Assembly (NCBI GenBank): GCA_009786295.1
Contig: WQTN01000144.1
Location: 1 to 40,589 of the forward strand
Length of the DNA stretch: 40,589 bases
From: Methanomassiliicoccaceae archaeon
GTDB lineage: Archaea > Thermoplasmatota > Thermoplasmata > Methanomassiliicoccales > Methanomethylophilaceae
Direction: 5' to 3'
The notes under the pieces are model-generated. The model was not told the DNA's origin. It ran no database searches and saw only the letters and a list, made by a program, of their open reading frames with translations. This document shows positions 1 through 9,534 of the stretch, in pieces. Position numbers and translations under genes: made by a program. Positions within the stretch are counted from its first letter, which is position 1, and every line of letters begins with the position of its first letter.

Positions 1-278
1 TCTGCCGTGAGTTCTATCATGACCCCCGTGAAATAGTTGGACAGATGGTAGATGACCTCCATGCGGTCGATCATATCATTGCCCATTATCGAGGTCACGT
101 GCTCAAAGGTCAGGTTGTCATGTATGTACGCACATACATCGTGGATCGCGTCCCTGTCGACTTTTGCGAATACTCTTCTTTCCGCCGTTCGGGTGATGCT
201 CACCTTGCCGGAGAATTCACGTCTGAGTATGTCCGATATCTCTTGGACCGATGGTGCCTGAAGTACTTCGTCTGTCAT
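1..278 (-). CDS. fpoC: Fpo/Nuo complex subunit C (partial, runs off the left edge)
   Basis: Manual translation from ATG at 278: MTDEVLQAPSVQEISDILRREFSGKV...AYIHDNLTFEHVTSIMGNDMIDRMEVIYHLSNY, NuoC-like; starts 2 bp after the fpoB stop. Confidence 0.85.
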   Translation of the reverse strand, partial: MTDEVLQAPSVQEISDILRREFSGKVSITRTAERRVFAKVDRDAIHDVCAYIHDNLTFEHVTSIMGNDMIDRMEVIYHLSNYFTGVMIELTA

Positions 279-280
279 TT

Positions 281-844
281 TTAGTCCTCCAGGAATACTC
301 CTCTCATGAAGTAATCGTCTATCTTCTTCTGAAGAAGCATGAAGCCGTCTATCATCGCATCCGGCCTCGCCGGGCATCCCGGTATGTATATGTCCACAGG
401 GATTATCTGATCCAGGCCCTGGACCGTGTTGTATGAATCATACCAAGGTCCGCCCGATATTGCGCATTCGCCCATTGCCACCACCCATTTGGGGTTCGGG
501 ATCTGTTCGTACAGACGCCTGAGGTCCGGACGTATCTTCTTTGATATCCATCCGTTGACCAACAGTACATCGGTCTGCCTCGGAGAGGACCTGTATATCA
601 TGCCGTAACGTTCCGCATCGAATCTCGGTGCGGATGCAGCCGCCATCTCAAGGGCGCAGCATGCCAGTCCCCAGTGCAGAGGGTGCATGGAATTTCTCAT
701 TGCCCACGACCAAATAGGTCCGGTGAGCTTATCTACAGTCTTTTTCGTACCCGCGCTGAGGAGGTCGTTGATCATGGCGGATGACCATGTCATGAATTCC
801 TCTTTGCTCATGGCAACGGCGTGTGGGTAAAGGCTCATATCCAT
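281..844 (-). CDS. fpoB: Fpo/Nuo complex subunit B (4Fe-4S)
   Basis: GLACCALEM, SPRQTDVL, GECAISGG and IPGCPARP NuoB motifs; start placed at MDMSLYP (844) behind GGAGG. Confidence 0.95.
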   Translation of the reverse strand: MDMSLYPHAVAMSKEEFMTWSSAMINDLLSAGTKKTVDKLTGPIWSWAMRNSMHPLHWGLACCALEMAAASAPRFDAERYGMIYRSSPRQTDVLLVNGWISKKIRPDLRRLYEQIPNPKWVVAMGECAISGGPWYDSYNTVQGLDQIIPVDIYIPGCPARPDAMIDGFMLLQKKIDDYFMRGVFLED

Positions 845-1209
845 ACTGTTTCCTCCTTTTTGAGAGAGTATGTGACTCCGAGAATCATTATGCTCAGGAA
901 CAGGAGCATCCATACGGTGGCCATGGTCGAAAGACCAGAAAAGGCAACGGCCCATACCATGAGGAATGTAGCTATCAGATCAAAGACCACAAAAATGATT
1001 GCAAAAGCATAGTATTGGAATTTGAACTGTACATGGGCATCCCCAATCGGTTCGGAACCGCACTCGTATGTATTTTCCATCCACTGAGTTGGTTTGCTCG
1101 GTCTTACGAACCTTGAGACCAGCCACGACAATGGCGCGAATCCGAGGGCAATGATGCCAACGACGACCAATGGTATGTAGGACACAACTAGTGACATTAG
1201 GCTTCGCAT
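835..1209 (-). CDS. fpoA: Fpo/Nuo complex subunit A
   Basis: Three TM segments; YECGSEP and YYAFAIIFVVFD NuoA motifs; start could be 1197. Confidence 0.93.
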   Translation of the reverse strand: MRSLMSLVVSYIPLVVVGIIALGFAPLSWLVSRFVRPSKPTQWMENTYECGSEPIGDAHVQFKFQYYAFAIIFVVFDLIATFLMVWAVAFSGLSTMATVWMLLFLSIMILGVTYSLKKEETVWI

Positions 1210-1283
1210 GCTTTCCTTAATATATAATGTTTGCAGGCGCGCGCTTCCTTTCCCTTATATATAGCGATCGGGCATTTTATTAC

Positions 1284-1331
1284 TTTGGCAATGGATATGC
1301 CAAAAGGCAATATGTCAGCACAAGACATATT
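1284..1331. promoter_or_regulatory. Two adjacent inverted repeats upstream of the fpo operon (putative operators)
   Basis: TTTGGCA-N7-TGCCAAA (1284-1304) and AATATGTC-N7-GACATATT (1309-1331), just upstream of TATA-like boxes at ~1220 and ~1255. Confidence 0.45.
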
Positions 1332-1619
1332 CATCTATGGATAGAGCAGCAGCGGCATTCATCAGAGGTTTGACTGCAGAAAAACTGTTTTGAGAAGGAT
1401 ATCTCCGCATGAATTTCAAATACAACGGCAAAATAAGGCGACCCGCATCAAAACAAATGTCTTACAATCATATGTGCCAGATATAAGAAATATGCATATT
1501 ATGTCCGGCTGCTTCTGTTTATTTTTAAGAATATCATATTTTCAATGCCTTCGGATGGATTATGAAGTATTGAAAAGAAAATTGCTGCCGCCTATACTGT
1601 GCGACGGCGCAAAAAAGTT

Positions 1620-2426
1620 TCACTCTTTTCCTAATTCCTTGGACCTCATGGCGGATGCTTCGACCGCATTGATCAGTGCGGACCTGAGACCGCAGTCTTC
1701 CAGGACCCTTACCGCCTGTATCGACGTACCGCCCGGAGAACATACGATGTCTTTCATCTTCCCGGGATGTTCGCCTGTTTCCAGTATCGTTTTCGCTGCG
1801 CCCAGAAGCGTTTGTGCGGCCAGTTTTGTCGATATGTCCCTGGGGAGCCCCATGAGCACCCCTCCGTCCGACAGAGCCTCGATCATCATGTATGCGTACG
1901 CCGGACCGCTGCCACTAAGCCCCGTGACCGCATCAAGAAGGTATTCTTTCACCTCGAGTGATATCCCAACGGCCTTCAGAACGCTGTCGACCTTTGCACA
2001 ATCCTCGGATGTCGCATTGGTGCCGCGTGAGAATGCGGATGCGGATGCGAGCACCATGCAAGGCTGGTTGGGCATGACGCGCACAACCCTGCACGCTGGT
2101 ACATAGGACTCCAAGGTCGATATAGTTATTCCGGCGGCTATTGACATGACCAAATGGTTCTTCGTCAGGCTGCTCTTGATAGACGTCAGGACCTCGTCTA
2201 TCTGCTGCGGTTTGACCGAGAGCACTATGAATTTTGTGCTTTTTGCTATGGCCTGGTTGTCCTTGTGGACCTCTATCCCCAGCGTATCGGCTATGTACTT
2301 CCTTCTTGGTTCATACACTTCGCTGGCAATAATCTCGTCGGCGGTGTAGAGTCCTGCGCCGATGACGCCTTTCATAATAGCTTCGGCCATGTTGCCGACA
2401 CCGATGAAACCGATCTTTTTGGTCAT
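1620..2426 (-). CDS. proC: Pyrroline-5-carboxylate reductase
   Basis: [10 protein letters not shown] Rossmann motif, [27 protein letters not shown]. Confidence 0.97.
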   Translation of the reverse strand: MTKKIGFIGVGNMAEAIMKGVIGAGLYTADEIIASEVYEPRRKYIADTLGIEVHKDNQAIAKSTKFIVLSVKPQQIDEVLTSIKSSLTKNHLVMSIAAGITISTLESYVPACRVVRVMPNQPCMVLASASAFSRGTNATSEDCAKVDSVLKAVGISLEVKEYLLDAVTGLSGSGPAYAYMMIEALSDGGVLMGLPRDISTKLAAQTLLGAAKTILETGEHPGKMKDIVCSPGGTSIQAVRVLEDCGLRSALINAVEASAMRSKELGKE

Positions 2427-2576
2427 TTCCTGTACCTGATATACGATGACGGTGGATGTTAATAAAGTCTACTCTGTAATCTGGCTTTCGTAAATTCATT
2501 ATCAAAGAATAAAAACTGCGGGCTCAGACCCGTGTCGGCGGGAGTATGATTTCCTTATAATCCATATTCTATTTTA

Positions 2577-4301
2577 TTACCTAAAGGAGCTGCGGATGAG
2601 CCCGGTGAGAACTCTCGGGGAGTTCCTCCATATCGACCCTGCTTTCCAATCGAGACTGCTCTTATCGCATACGGTTGAGTTCATGAGTTCTCTTCCCTGT
2701 TCTTTGACCTCGCTGAGCCTGTTCTCTCTTTCCTCGGTGTTCTGAATGGCCATTATCTCATCCACTCTGTGCATCAGCATGCGGGCGGTCTCTGTCCTTT
2801 CTTTCCTTTGCTCGAGGACATCGGCTGATATCCTTGAGCTCTCGTACTCCATGGTCGCGAGCTCGATCGCCGCATCATACGTCGTCTCTGCGATCATGTC
2901 CTTCTTCATCCATTCGGTCTCGTAGGAGAGGACGTGCTTCCACGAAGGGTTCTCAAGAAGCCTCTTATGCTCTTCCAGAGATCTTGCGAAGAACCTGTAT
3001 CCCCACTTTTCCGGTTCTTCGAAAACTCTGCTTCCGGGATCGACGAACGGGGCGAAGGGTGCGTTGAAAATACAAAGGCCGTCTTCCTTATCCACCAGTC
3101 CCCAGAGCCTCTTTGAGGCTTTGGCACTGTCCAATGCCGATTCCCTTGTCTGATATGGGAGGCCGGTCATGTAGAACAGGTCGAGTCTCTCGCATCCGTT
3201 CCTGAATGCAGAGACGACTGATTTTTCTATGGATTCATTGGAATATCCTTTCCCGAGTGCGCTCCTGACCTTCTCATCGTGGGAATCGGGAGAGAATTCT
3301 ATGCTCCAGCCGCCTTCGAAAGCTTTGTCCAATTTTGAGAAATGTTCATCGCCGGCTCCGTTGAAGAGCTCGATCACAACGTGATTCTTTATCTTCCTCT
3401 CTTTGACTGCCTTAAGGAATCTTTCCGCATAACCGCTGCTGTGCTGTCTTATATCCCCGACAACAAAGATCGGCGTGTTCAGATAGCTTTGGATTGCGTC
3501 CATGTCTTCTGCAAGTTTTTCCGGACTTCTGTAAGCCGGCGCTTTCCTGCAGACCACTTTCTTGTTCGCGTGGTGCGATCCTCCGCATTCTGCGCAATTC
3601 AGGGAGCATCCTCTTACCGAGAACACTGATGTCAAAGGCAGTTTGTCCCAGCCGTACCAGGGAAGCGCGCCTTTGATATCCATGTTCCTTATGGCGCTCT
3701 TTATCATCATCCCGTAATCGAACTTTATATCATCCATGCTCTCCGGCGAATAGGATATCTCATTATTGCGTATCCTCCCCTGATCATCCTTCCATACCAG
3801 GTTCGGAACCTCTGACAGGCCCTTTCCTTCCTGCAGGGCCGTCATCATCTTTACCGTGGGCTCTTCTGTGGTATCGCCCCTCATCACCAAATCTACCTCC
3901 GGCCTGCCGATAAGCTCCTCCCAGAAGTAAGACGAAGTGAATCCTCCGAATTCCACTTTTGCGTCCGGATGATATTTTTTCACCAGTTTTGCTATCTCCG
4001 TCGCTCCGTGCACATGCGGCATCCAGTGAAGGTCTATCGCAAATACGTCCGCCTTCAGGGACTTGATCCTTCTTTCGACATCGAATCTCTCATCCTGAAG
4101 CATCTGCACCGCAAGATTGACTATCCTGGTCCTGAACCCGGCTGCCTCCAGGTGGGCGGAGATGGTCATGAAACCGATCGGATACATCTCGAAGACCGGC
4201 GATGAGGGTATGACATCGCTTATCGGCCCATAAAAGATCGTTTTCTTTCTGAAATCGTATACGCTAGGCGCATGAAGGAAAATTATGTCCGGACGAGCCA
4301 T
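2577..4301 (-). CDS. B12-binding domain / radical SAM protein (Ta0216/TIGR04190-like)
   Basis: N-terminal cobalamin-binding-like domain (IDLHWMPH, GGFTSS) plus CSLNCAEC CxxxCxxC motif. Confidence 0.88.
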   Translation of the reverse strand: MARPDIIFLHAPSVYDFRKKTIFYGPISDVIPSSPVFEMYPIGFMTISAHLEAAGFRTRIVNLAVQMLQDERFDVERRIKSLKADVFAIDLHWMPHVHGATEIAKLVKKYHPDAKVEFGGFTSSYFWEELIGRPEVDLVMRGDTTEEPTVKMMTALQEGKGLSEVPNLVWKDDQGRIRNNEISYSPESMDDIKFDYGMMIKSAIRNMDIKGALPWYGWDKLPLTSVFSVRGCSLNCAECGGSHHANKKVVCRKAPAYRSPEKLAEDMDAIQSYLNTPIFVVGDIRQHSSGYAERFLKAVKERKIKNHVVIELFNGAGDEHFSKLDKAFEGGWSIEFSPDSHDEKVRSALGKGYSNESIEKSVVSAFRNGCERLDLFYMTGLPYQTRESALDSAKASKRLWGLVDKEDGLCIFNAPFAPFVDPGSRVFEEPEKWGYRFFARSLEEHKRLLENPSWKHVLSYETEWMKKDMIAETTYDAAIELATMEYESSRISADVLEQRKERTETARMLMHRVDEIMAIQNTEERENRLSEVKEQGRELMNSTVCDKSSLDWKAGSIWRNSPRVLTGLIRSSFR

Positions 4302-4302
4302 T

Positions 4303-5082
4303 TTACTCTCCGTATCTTCTTATGCGCTGCTGGAATGATCTTATCGCCCTGAGCAGATCAATGTACCTGAACCCCGGCCAATACACATCCGCGAAATACA
4401 GTTCCGAATATGCCAGCTGCCAAAGCAGGAAGTTTGAGATCCTGACCTCCCCGGACGTTCTGAGGACCAGGTCCGGGTCCGGTATGTCCGAGGTGTAAAG
4501 GTGTTTCGAGAAGGTCTCTTCGGATATGTCTTCAACATCAAGTTCTTTATTTGCTACCTTTTTTGCAATGTCCTTTACTGCGGCGACTATCTCCTGCCTG
4601 CTCCCGTATGCCATCGCGACGCTGAAACGGAAATCTGAATAGTCCGCTGTCTTTTCCTCCGCATACTGTATGGCCTCCCTGACGCTTTCCGGCAGGGTCG
4701 AACGATCTCCGAAGACTGTGATCTTTACTTTCTTCTCATGTATCTTCTTGCTGTCGGCCATCCTGTGCAGCGCTGTCTCCGACAGTTCCATTATGAAATC
4801 CAGTTCGTCCTTGTCCCTCTTGAAATTCTCGGTGGAAAGCGCATAGACAGTAACATATCTTATGCCGAGGTCCAGGCACCACTCCAGCATCTCTTCTATC
4901 TTCTCCTCGCCTTTGCGGTGGCCTTCGTTCCCATCGCCGTCCAGGTATTCTGCGGCGTATCTCCTGTTGCCGTCCATTATCATGGCGATGTGTTTCGGGA
5001 TCGGTCCTTTCTTTATTTCTTGGGTAAGTTCCCTCTTGTATCTGGAATAGGCTGTCTTTGTGAACATTCCGGACGGCCTCAT
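4303..5082 (-). CDS. uppS: cis-prenyltransferase (polyprenyl diphosphate synthase)
   Basis: HIAMIMDGNRR, YALSTENFKR, PDLVLRTSGEVRISNFLLWQ; start at 5082 follows AGGTGA RBS. Confidence 0.96.
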   Translation of the reverse strand: MRPSGMFTKTAYSRYKRELTQEIKKGPIPKHIAMIMDGNRRYAAEYLDGDGNEGHRKGEEKIEEMLEWCLDLGIRYVTVYALSTENFKRDKDELDFIMELSETALHRMADSKKIHEKKVKITVFGDRSTLPESVREAIQYAEEKTADYSDFRFSVAMAYGSRQEIVAAVKDIAKKVANKELDVEDISEETFSKHLYTSDIPDPDLVLRTSGEVRISNFLLWQLAYSELYFADVYWPGFRYIDLLRAIRSFQQRIRRYGE

Positions 5083-5086
5083 CCTA

Positions 5087-6037
5087 TCACCTGAAATCCT
5101 CCGGTATTCCAGCAGCCTCACCGCCCATGTCGAAACATCCTATGGCGGCGACAGCGCCGATCACGCCTCCCATCCCGGTTATGCTTATGACCTGTATCCC
5201 GCACCTCTCCGCCGCCTTTATCGCTTCGCCTTCCTCGAGTATCACGTTCTTTGCCTTCAGGCCGTACTCTTTCAGCGCAGGCGGTATGCTGAGGCCTTTG
5301 TAAACGGTCATAACGGAATCTTTTGAGAAGGATTCCTTCTTCACGAAATCCCTGCAGTACTCTATGAGCGCCGGTATCTCCTCCTCTTTCACTGCGAAGG
5401 ATACTGCGGTCGCGCAGCAGTTGGTCGTCTTGTTCGGGACCTTGGGATTCAATTGTATTATCCTGTGCTCGATGAAGCTGCCGATCGGGCAGCTGTTTCC
5501 CATCTTCAGCGTGGTGACCCACGACGCGCCTTTCTCTTTGGTGTCTGTGTCGTCCACTCCGACAATGACCCTGACCATTTTCGGCGTGATGATGTCCACA
5601 TGCGCCCTGTGGGCTCCGCCTATCTTGAAATCATCAGGATATTCCGTCTGTATGACATCAGGACACTGCGGGATGCATGCGCCTATTCCGACGGTCGCAC
5701 CCGCTATCCCGTACCATGTGGTCCTGACCTTGTCTCCTTCGACCTTTAGAGCCGCGAGGCCCTGGCCTCCGACGTGCTCTGAAACCGGACCAAAATGAAG
5801 TTCGCTCTCTCCTATCACTGTGTCCATTATCAGGGTCTGGCCGTCCATTCTTATATTCTTGATGACTCCGCCGGATCTTCTGCGGTTAACGACATCCCAT
5901 TCTCCGGGGCCTTTCGATATACACTTTTCGACTACCTGCGCAACGCCCCTTTTCTCATCCACCATGGTAAGGAACCCCTTACAGAACAGCGGGCCATATT
6001 TCTGCCTGACCTCATCCGGCCGGAGTATCTGCACCAT
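5087..6037 (-). CDS. mmp11: Methanogenesis marker protein 11 (TiaS-like N-domain)
   Basis: GPGEWDVVNR, GGQGL, GVDDTDTKEKGASW, QLNPKVPNKTTNC motifs. Confidence 0.8.
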   Translation of the reverse strand: MVQILRPDEVRQKYGPLFCKGFLTMVDEKRGVAQVVEKCISKGPGEWDVVNRRRSGGVIKNIRMDGQTLIMDTVIGESELHFGPVSEHVGGQGLAALKVEGDKVRTTWYGIAGATVGIGACIPQCPDVIQTEYPDDFKIGGAHRAHVDIITPKMVRVIVGVDDTDTKEKGASWVTTLKMGNSCPIGSFIEHRIIQLNPKVPNKTTNCCATAVSFAVKEEEIPALIEYCRDFVKKESFSKDSVMTVYKGLSIPPALKEYGLKAKNVILEEGEAIKAAERCGIQVISITGMGGVIGAVAAIGCFDMGGEAAGIPEDFR

Positions 6038-6723
6038 TATAAGTCCTCATCTTCCCCTGTACTGTCTCCGCCTTTGTCGTCCCCGTCTTCCTCGTCGGCG
6101 ACATATATGAACTCCGACGGGACCTGATCGCAAAGGAACACTGTCTTCGCAGCCCTCCCTATCTCTATCCCCGCATCAATGCATCCTGCAGTGTCGATCG
6201 CAAGGATTATCGGATCTCCATCCTCTCTTACTGACCCAGCCTTCATCGCATCCTTGTATGTGCGGGAAAGGTGAACCATGGCTCTGTCTGTTGGGAAAAG
6301 CCCTTCGTTGAGCACCTCTTCGCATTTATCTTCTGTAATGGGATAGTATAGCGTCTCCGGTATATCGTCGACCGGGTGCCTGAGGTTCAGTTCTTCGATC
6401 GTGTGACCGTACGTTGCCCTTACATCGGCCCCGGATATCTGGTATCTTCCCTTGGGGTCGGTCTCAGCCATTGCCTCGATATGGTGGGTCCTTATCCACT
6501 TCATCTTTGGGTACTTTGCCTTCATGACGGAGACTATGTCCCTCATATCAACAAATCCCTGCTCATCCATATCCAGATCATACTTTCCGTGCCTGAGTAT
6601 GCCTGCCATCGTCCTGCCGAGCTTCTCCACCTCGAAGTCGCTCATAAGGAACTTTCCTTCCTCTCCGCATACCGGACAATATTCATCACGGAAATAGCCG
6701 TGGTCCTCACATTCCCTCATCAT
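6037..6723 (-). CDS. kptA: RNA 2'-phosphotransferase (Tpt1/KptA)
   Basis: N-terminal CxxHG...CPVC knuckle, GILRH, KGRY, VRATYGHT, DRAMVHLS. Confidence 0.92.
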   Translation of the reverse strand: MMRECEDHGYFRDEYCPVCGEEGKFLMSDFEVEKLGRTMAGILRHGKYDLDMDEQGFVDMRDIVSVMKAKYPKMKWIRTHHIEAMAETDPKGRYQISGADVRATYGHTIEELNLRHPVDDIPETLYYPITEDKCEEVLNEGLFPTDRAMVHLSRTYKDAMKAGSVREDGDPIILAIDTAGCIDAGIEIGRAAKTVFLCDQVPSEFIYVADEEDGDDKGGDSTGEDEDL

Positions 6724-7617
6724 TTAATCACATCTTTGAACAGCATTCTCGACGGCAGACACCGTGTTGACCATGAGCATGCAGATCGTCATCGGGCCTA
6801 CGCCTCCCGGCACAGGCGATATGGCGGAGACCTTGTCCTTTACGCCGTCAAAATCCACATCCCCCACCAGTCTGGACCCTTTCGGCGAACCGGGATCGTC
6901 GATCCTGTTCGTACCCACATCGATTACTACCGCACCCTCTTTTACCATGTCGGCGGTCACAAAGTTCGGCCTGCCCATCGCCACTATCAGTATATCGGCC
7001 GTCTTGGTTATTGACGGAAGGTCTTTGGTTCTTGAATGCACAACTGTTACTGTTGAGTCGGCTCCGTCTCCTTTCTGCATCATCATCGCAGCCATCGGCT
7101 TACCGACTATATTGCTCCTTCCGACCACGACCACATGTTTCCCCTTGGTCTCTATCCCAGACCTTACCAGCATCTGCTGGACCCCGGCCGGGGTGGCGGG
7201 GAGAAAATCAGGTTCCCCGATGAGCATCTTTCCCACATTCACCGGATGGAAACAATCCACGTCCTTCTTGGGATCTATCGCACAGATCACTTTCTTCTCA
7301 TCTATATGAGACGGAAGCGGCAGCTGAACCAGAAGGCCGTGGATGGTCCTTTCTTTGTTAAGTTCATCAACCTTTTCCAGAAGTTCTTTCTCCGTGGTGC
7401 TCTCAGGCAGCACTATCGTAACGGAATGCATTCCGAGTTCCTCGCATTTCTTGCCCTTCATCCTCACATAAACTTCGGACGCGGGATCTTTACCGACAAG
7501 CACAACTGCCAGCCCGGGAATCGTGCCTTTGGACCTCAGGGTCTCTATCCTCTCCGTGAGCTCTGCATATATGCTGTTCGAAACATCCTTTCCTAGAATG
7601 AGACGGGCACCTGTCAT
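6724..7617 (-). CDS. folD: Methylenetetrahydrofolate dehydrogenase/cyclohydrolase
   Basis: YVRMK, VQLPLP, KDVDCFHP, GRSNIVGKP, PVPGGVGPMT. Confidence 0.97.
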   Translation of the reverse strand: MTGARLILGKDVSNSIYAELTERIETLRSKGTIPGLAVVLVGKDPASEVYVRMKGKKCEELGMHSVTIVLPESTTEKELLEKVDELNKERTIHGLLVQLPLPSHIDEKKVICAIDPKKDVDCFHPVNVGKMLIGEPDFLPATPAGVQQMLVRSGIETKGKHVVVVGRSNIVGKPMAAMMMQKGDGADSTVTVVHSRTKDLPSITKTADILIVAMGRPNFVTADMVKEGAVVIDVGTNRIDDPGSPKGSRLVGDVDFDGVKDKVSAISPVPGGVGPMTICMLMVNTVSAVENAVQRCD

Positions 7618-7870
7618 AATGAAGATTTGTAGTGCACTCTATTATATTATCTCATCGGCTGGCTTATTTGATATGACCTATTCAGGCTGAAATCAGAGAT
7701 AAACCGCATTGGTTTCCAAACCGATTATCTGTTTTCAGAAATCGAGAATCTGGAACAACCTTTATTAACCGTACCTGTCAATTATAAACTGTGGGTAAAT
7801 GGGGTGCACAAAGGTTTTCTTAAGAGACCTGCGCAACTTTAAACACAGGTAAAAAGGAGGAGTATAATAA

Positions 7871-8317
7871 ATGACTGATTTTAAAGCAATGTCCTCAATA
7901 TATTCAATCCTGATTCTGGTAGGCGGACTGATCGGCATAATAGCCGTGTTCTTAGCATGGATAGATGTGGATTTTGGCATCTTCGGTTCATACACAGTGT
8001 CAGGATGGGAGATAGTGAGGGAAAGTCTCGAAGACCCTGCTTTGGGTGATATCAGTGAGAGCTATGTCCAGTGGATGCCGCTGATTGTACTGATATTCTC
8101 TGTGGTAGGACTTCTCATCGGACTGACTGCGCTGCTTAAGCCCAGAAAAGAGATGGGCGCAGGCGCAATTGTGTGCGGTATCCTCGCGGTAATAGCAGGG
8201 ATCCTGTTCTACACATATGAGTCCATCTCCGATGTTGCGGGCATGGGAATCTATCTCGCCATGGTCGCAGGCATAGTGATGGTCATATTCGGGGCACTGA
8301 GACTGTTTACCAAGTAA
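7871..8317 (+). CDS. Hypothetical 4-TM membrane protein
   Basis: 148 aa with four hydrophobic segments; strong GGAGG RBS at ~7856. Confidence 0.8.
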   Translation: MTDFKAMSSIYSILILVGGLIGIIAVFLAWIDVDFGIFGSYTVSGWEIVRESLEDPALGDISESYVQWMPLIVLIFSVVGLLIGLTALLKPRKEMGAGAIVCGILAVIAGILFYTYESISDVAGMGIYLAMVAGIVMVIFGALRLFTK

Positions 8318-8605
8318 GCTTCAAAAAGCTCTGGAAGACCATAAACCATTTCCTATTTTTATGAAAAATGAAAGTTAAGATCAGGGGACTGGATCTGTCT
8401 GTCCTCTCTGTGAGCAGTAAGCGCAGGACTTGTGGTTCTTTGGAAGGTCGCCACCAACACAGTGTTGACAATGTGTGCCTGCTCCTAGAACAGGTAAGAC
8501 GGCGGAGTGATAACACCGCCCTATATATTGATTTATAATACTCCGATAAGCATATAGTCCAACCGTTATCCTTTCAAATACGGTCATGTCCAACCAGGTG
8601 TATAG

Positions 8606-8950
8606 ATGCAGGCAGGAAGAGAAGAGCAAACGGAGGGCGGGGAGACCGGATCCTTATGTGCCCAGACGAGATTGGACACTGCTGAAGAATACTATGGTCC
8701 TGCCATACTGTTGCATTTGCTGAGGTACGGACAACAAAAGAAAACGGCCTTGCTTAGGGGCATATCAAAGTCTTCATGCATGTCCAAGCGCATGGATTTG
8801 CTAGAAAAAAGAGGACTTATCTGTGTAACTGTGGACAGATTCGAAAAGAACACAAAATGGGTCGACCTCACGGAGAAAGGGAGGGCTGTGGCAGAGTTGA
8901 TCTCAGAGATCAACGACCTCCTGACCGGTGCGGATGTTAAAGAACCATGA
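8606..8950 (+). CDS. Winged-helix (HxlR/MarR-like) transcriptional regulator
   Basis: KRMDLLEKRGLI...WVDLTEKGRAVA wHTH signature. Confidence 0.75.
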   Translation: MQAGREEQTEGGETGSLCAQTRLDTAEEYYGPAILLHLLRYGQQKKTALLRGISKSSCMSKRMDLLEKRGLICVTVDRFEKNTKWVDLTEKGRAVAELISEINDLLTGADVKEP

Positions 8951-9109
8951 ACCATAAAGCGAGAAACAAAATCAGTAAATGCAGAGCGCTTGCCGAAAAA
9001 GACGGTGCTTGCGAGACATACATGGCTATTGATCTGTCATCAGTTTTTGTCAGCGGACTGTTAAGACCAGGATTAATATATTTGAGACAAATTAATTGGT
9101 GGAGGAGTT

Positions 9110-9442
9110 ATGATGAGGGAACTGGAAACGTTAGTCCTGTGCAAAGAAAGAACCCCGCGCGTGGACATCAACGTCAGGGCTGAAATTGAGAATGGCTGTC
9201 TGACGATATACGGCCAGGACTTCGGAAATGCCGTGGAGGAACGGTTCGGAAGGGACGAATATGAATATGTATATTCGTTTGATGAGAGAAATACCGAACT
9301 CCTGATGGAACTCCTTACATCAAAAACCCCGGATATCAAAAAAGCATTTATTGATGAGTTCGGCGGAGCGGATGGGTGCATGAATCTACGCAGGTTCTGT
9401 GAGACAAACAAGATAGAGTATGAATTCTGGTCGTGGCCGTGA
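9110..9442 (+). CDS. Hypothetical protein
   Basis: 110 aa ORF, GGAGG RBS, natural acidic composition. Confidence 0.75.
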   Translation: MMRELETLVLCKERTPRVDINVRAEIENGCLTIYGQDFGNAVEERFGRDEYEYVYSFDERNTELLMELLTSKTPDIKKAFIDEFGGADGCMNLRRFCETNKIEYEFWSWP

Positions 9443-9497
9443 AGCGGCGCTCTTGTTAAAACACAGTTCGCATCTGAAAAGCAGCAGCGTTGAAAAA

Positions 9498-9527
9498 AGG
9501 ATAAGAGTCTATTATGACGCTTATCCT
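9498..9527. terminator. Hairpin between convergent genes
   Basis: AGGATAAG-agtc-tattat-gacg-CTTATCCT inverted repeat next to an A-tract. Confidence 0.4.
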
Positions 9528-9534
9528 CCGCACC

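Noticed and set aside
845-955. N-terminal extension of fpoB in the ORF track; likewise for uppS, rbcL, the permease, YqaJ and hemK2
   Set aside because: These extensions overlap upstream genes or promoters, and better starts lie downstream
1390-2106. 238-aa plus-strand ORF and many similar long antisense ORFs (e.g. 13168-13890, 14510-15226, 33913-34560)
   Set aside because: They are shadows of well-supported genes on the opposite strand, with no motifs
8947-9183. 78-aa ORF overlapping the wHTH stop
   Set aside because: It overlaps the better-supported 9110 gene and its promoter/RBS, with no recognisable features
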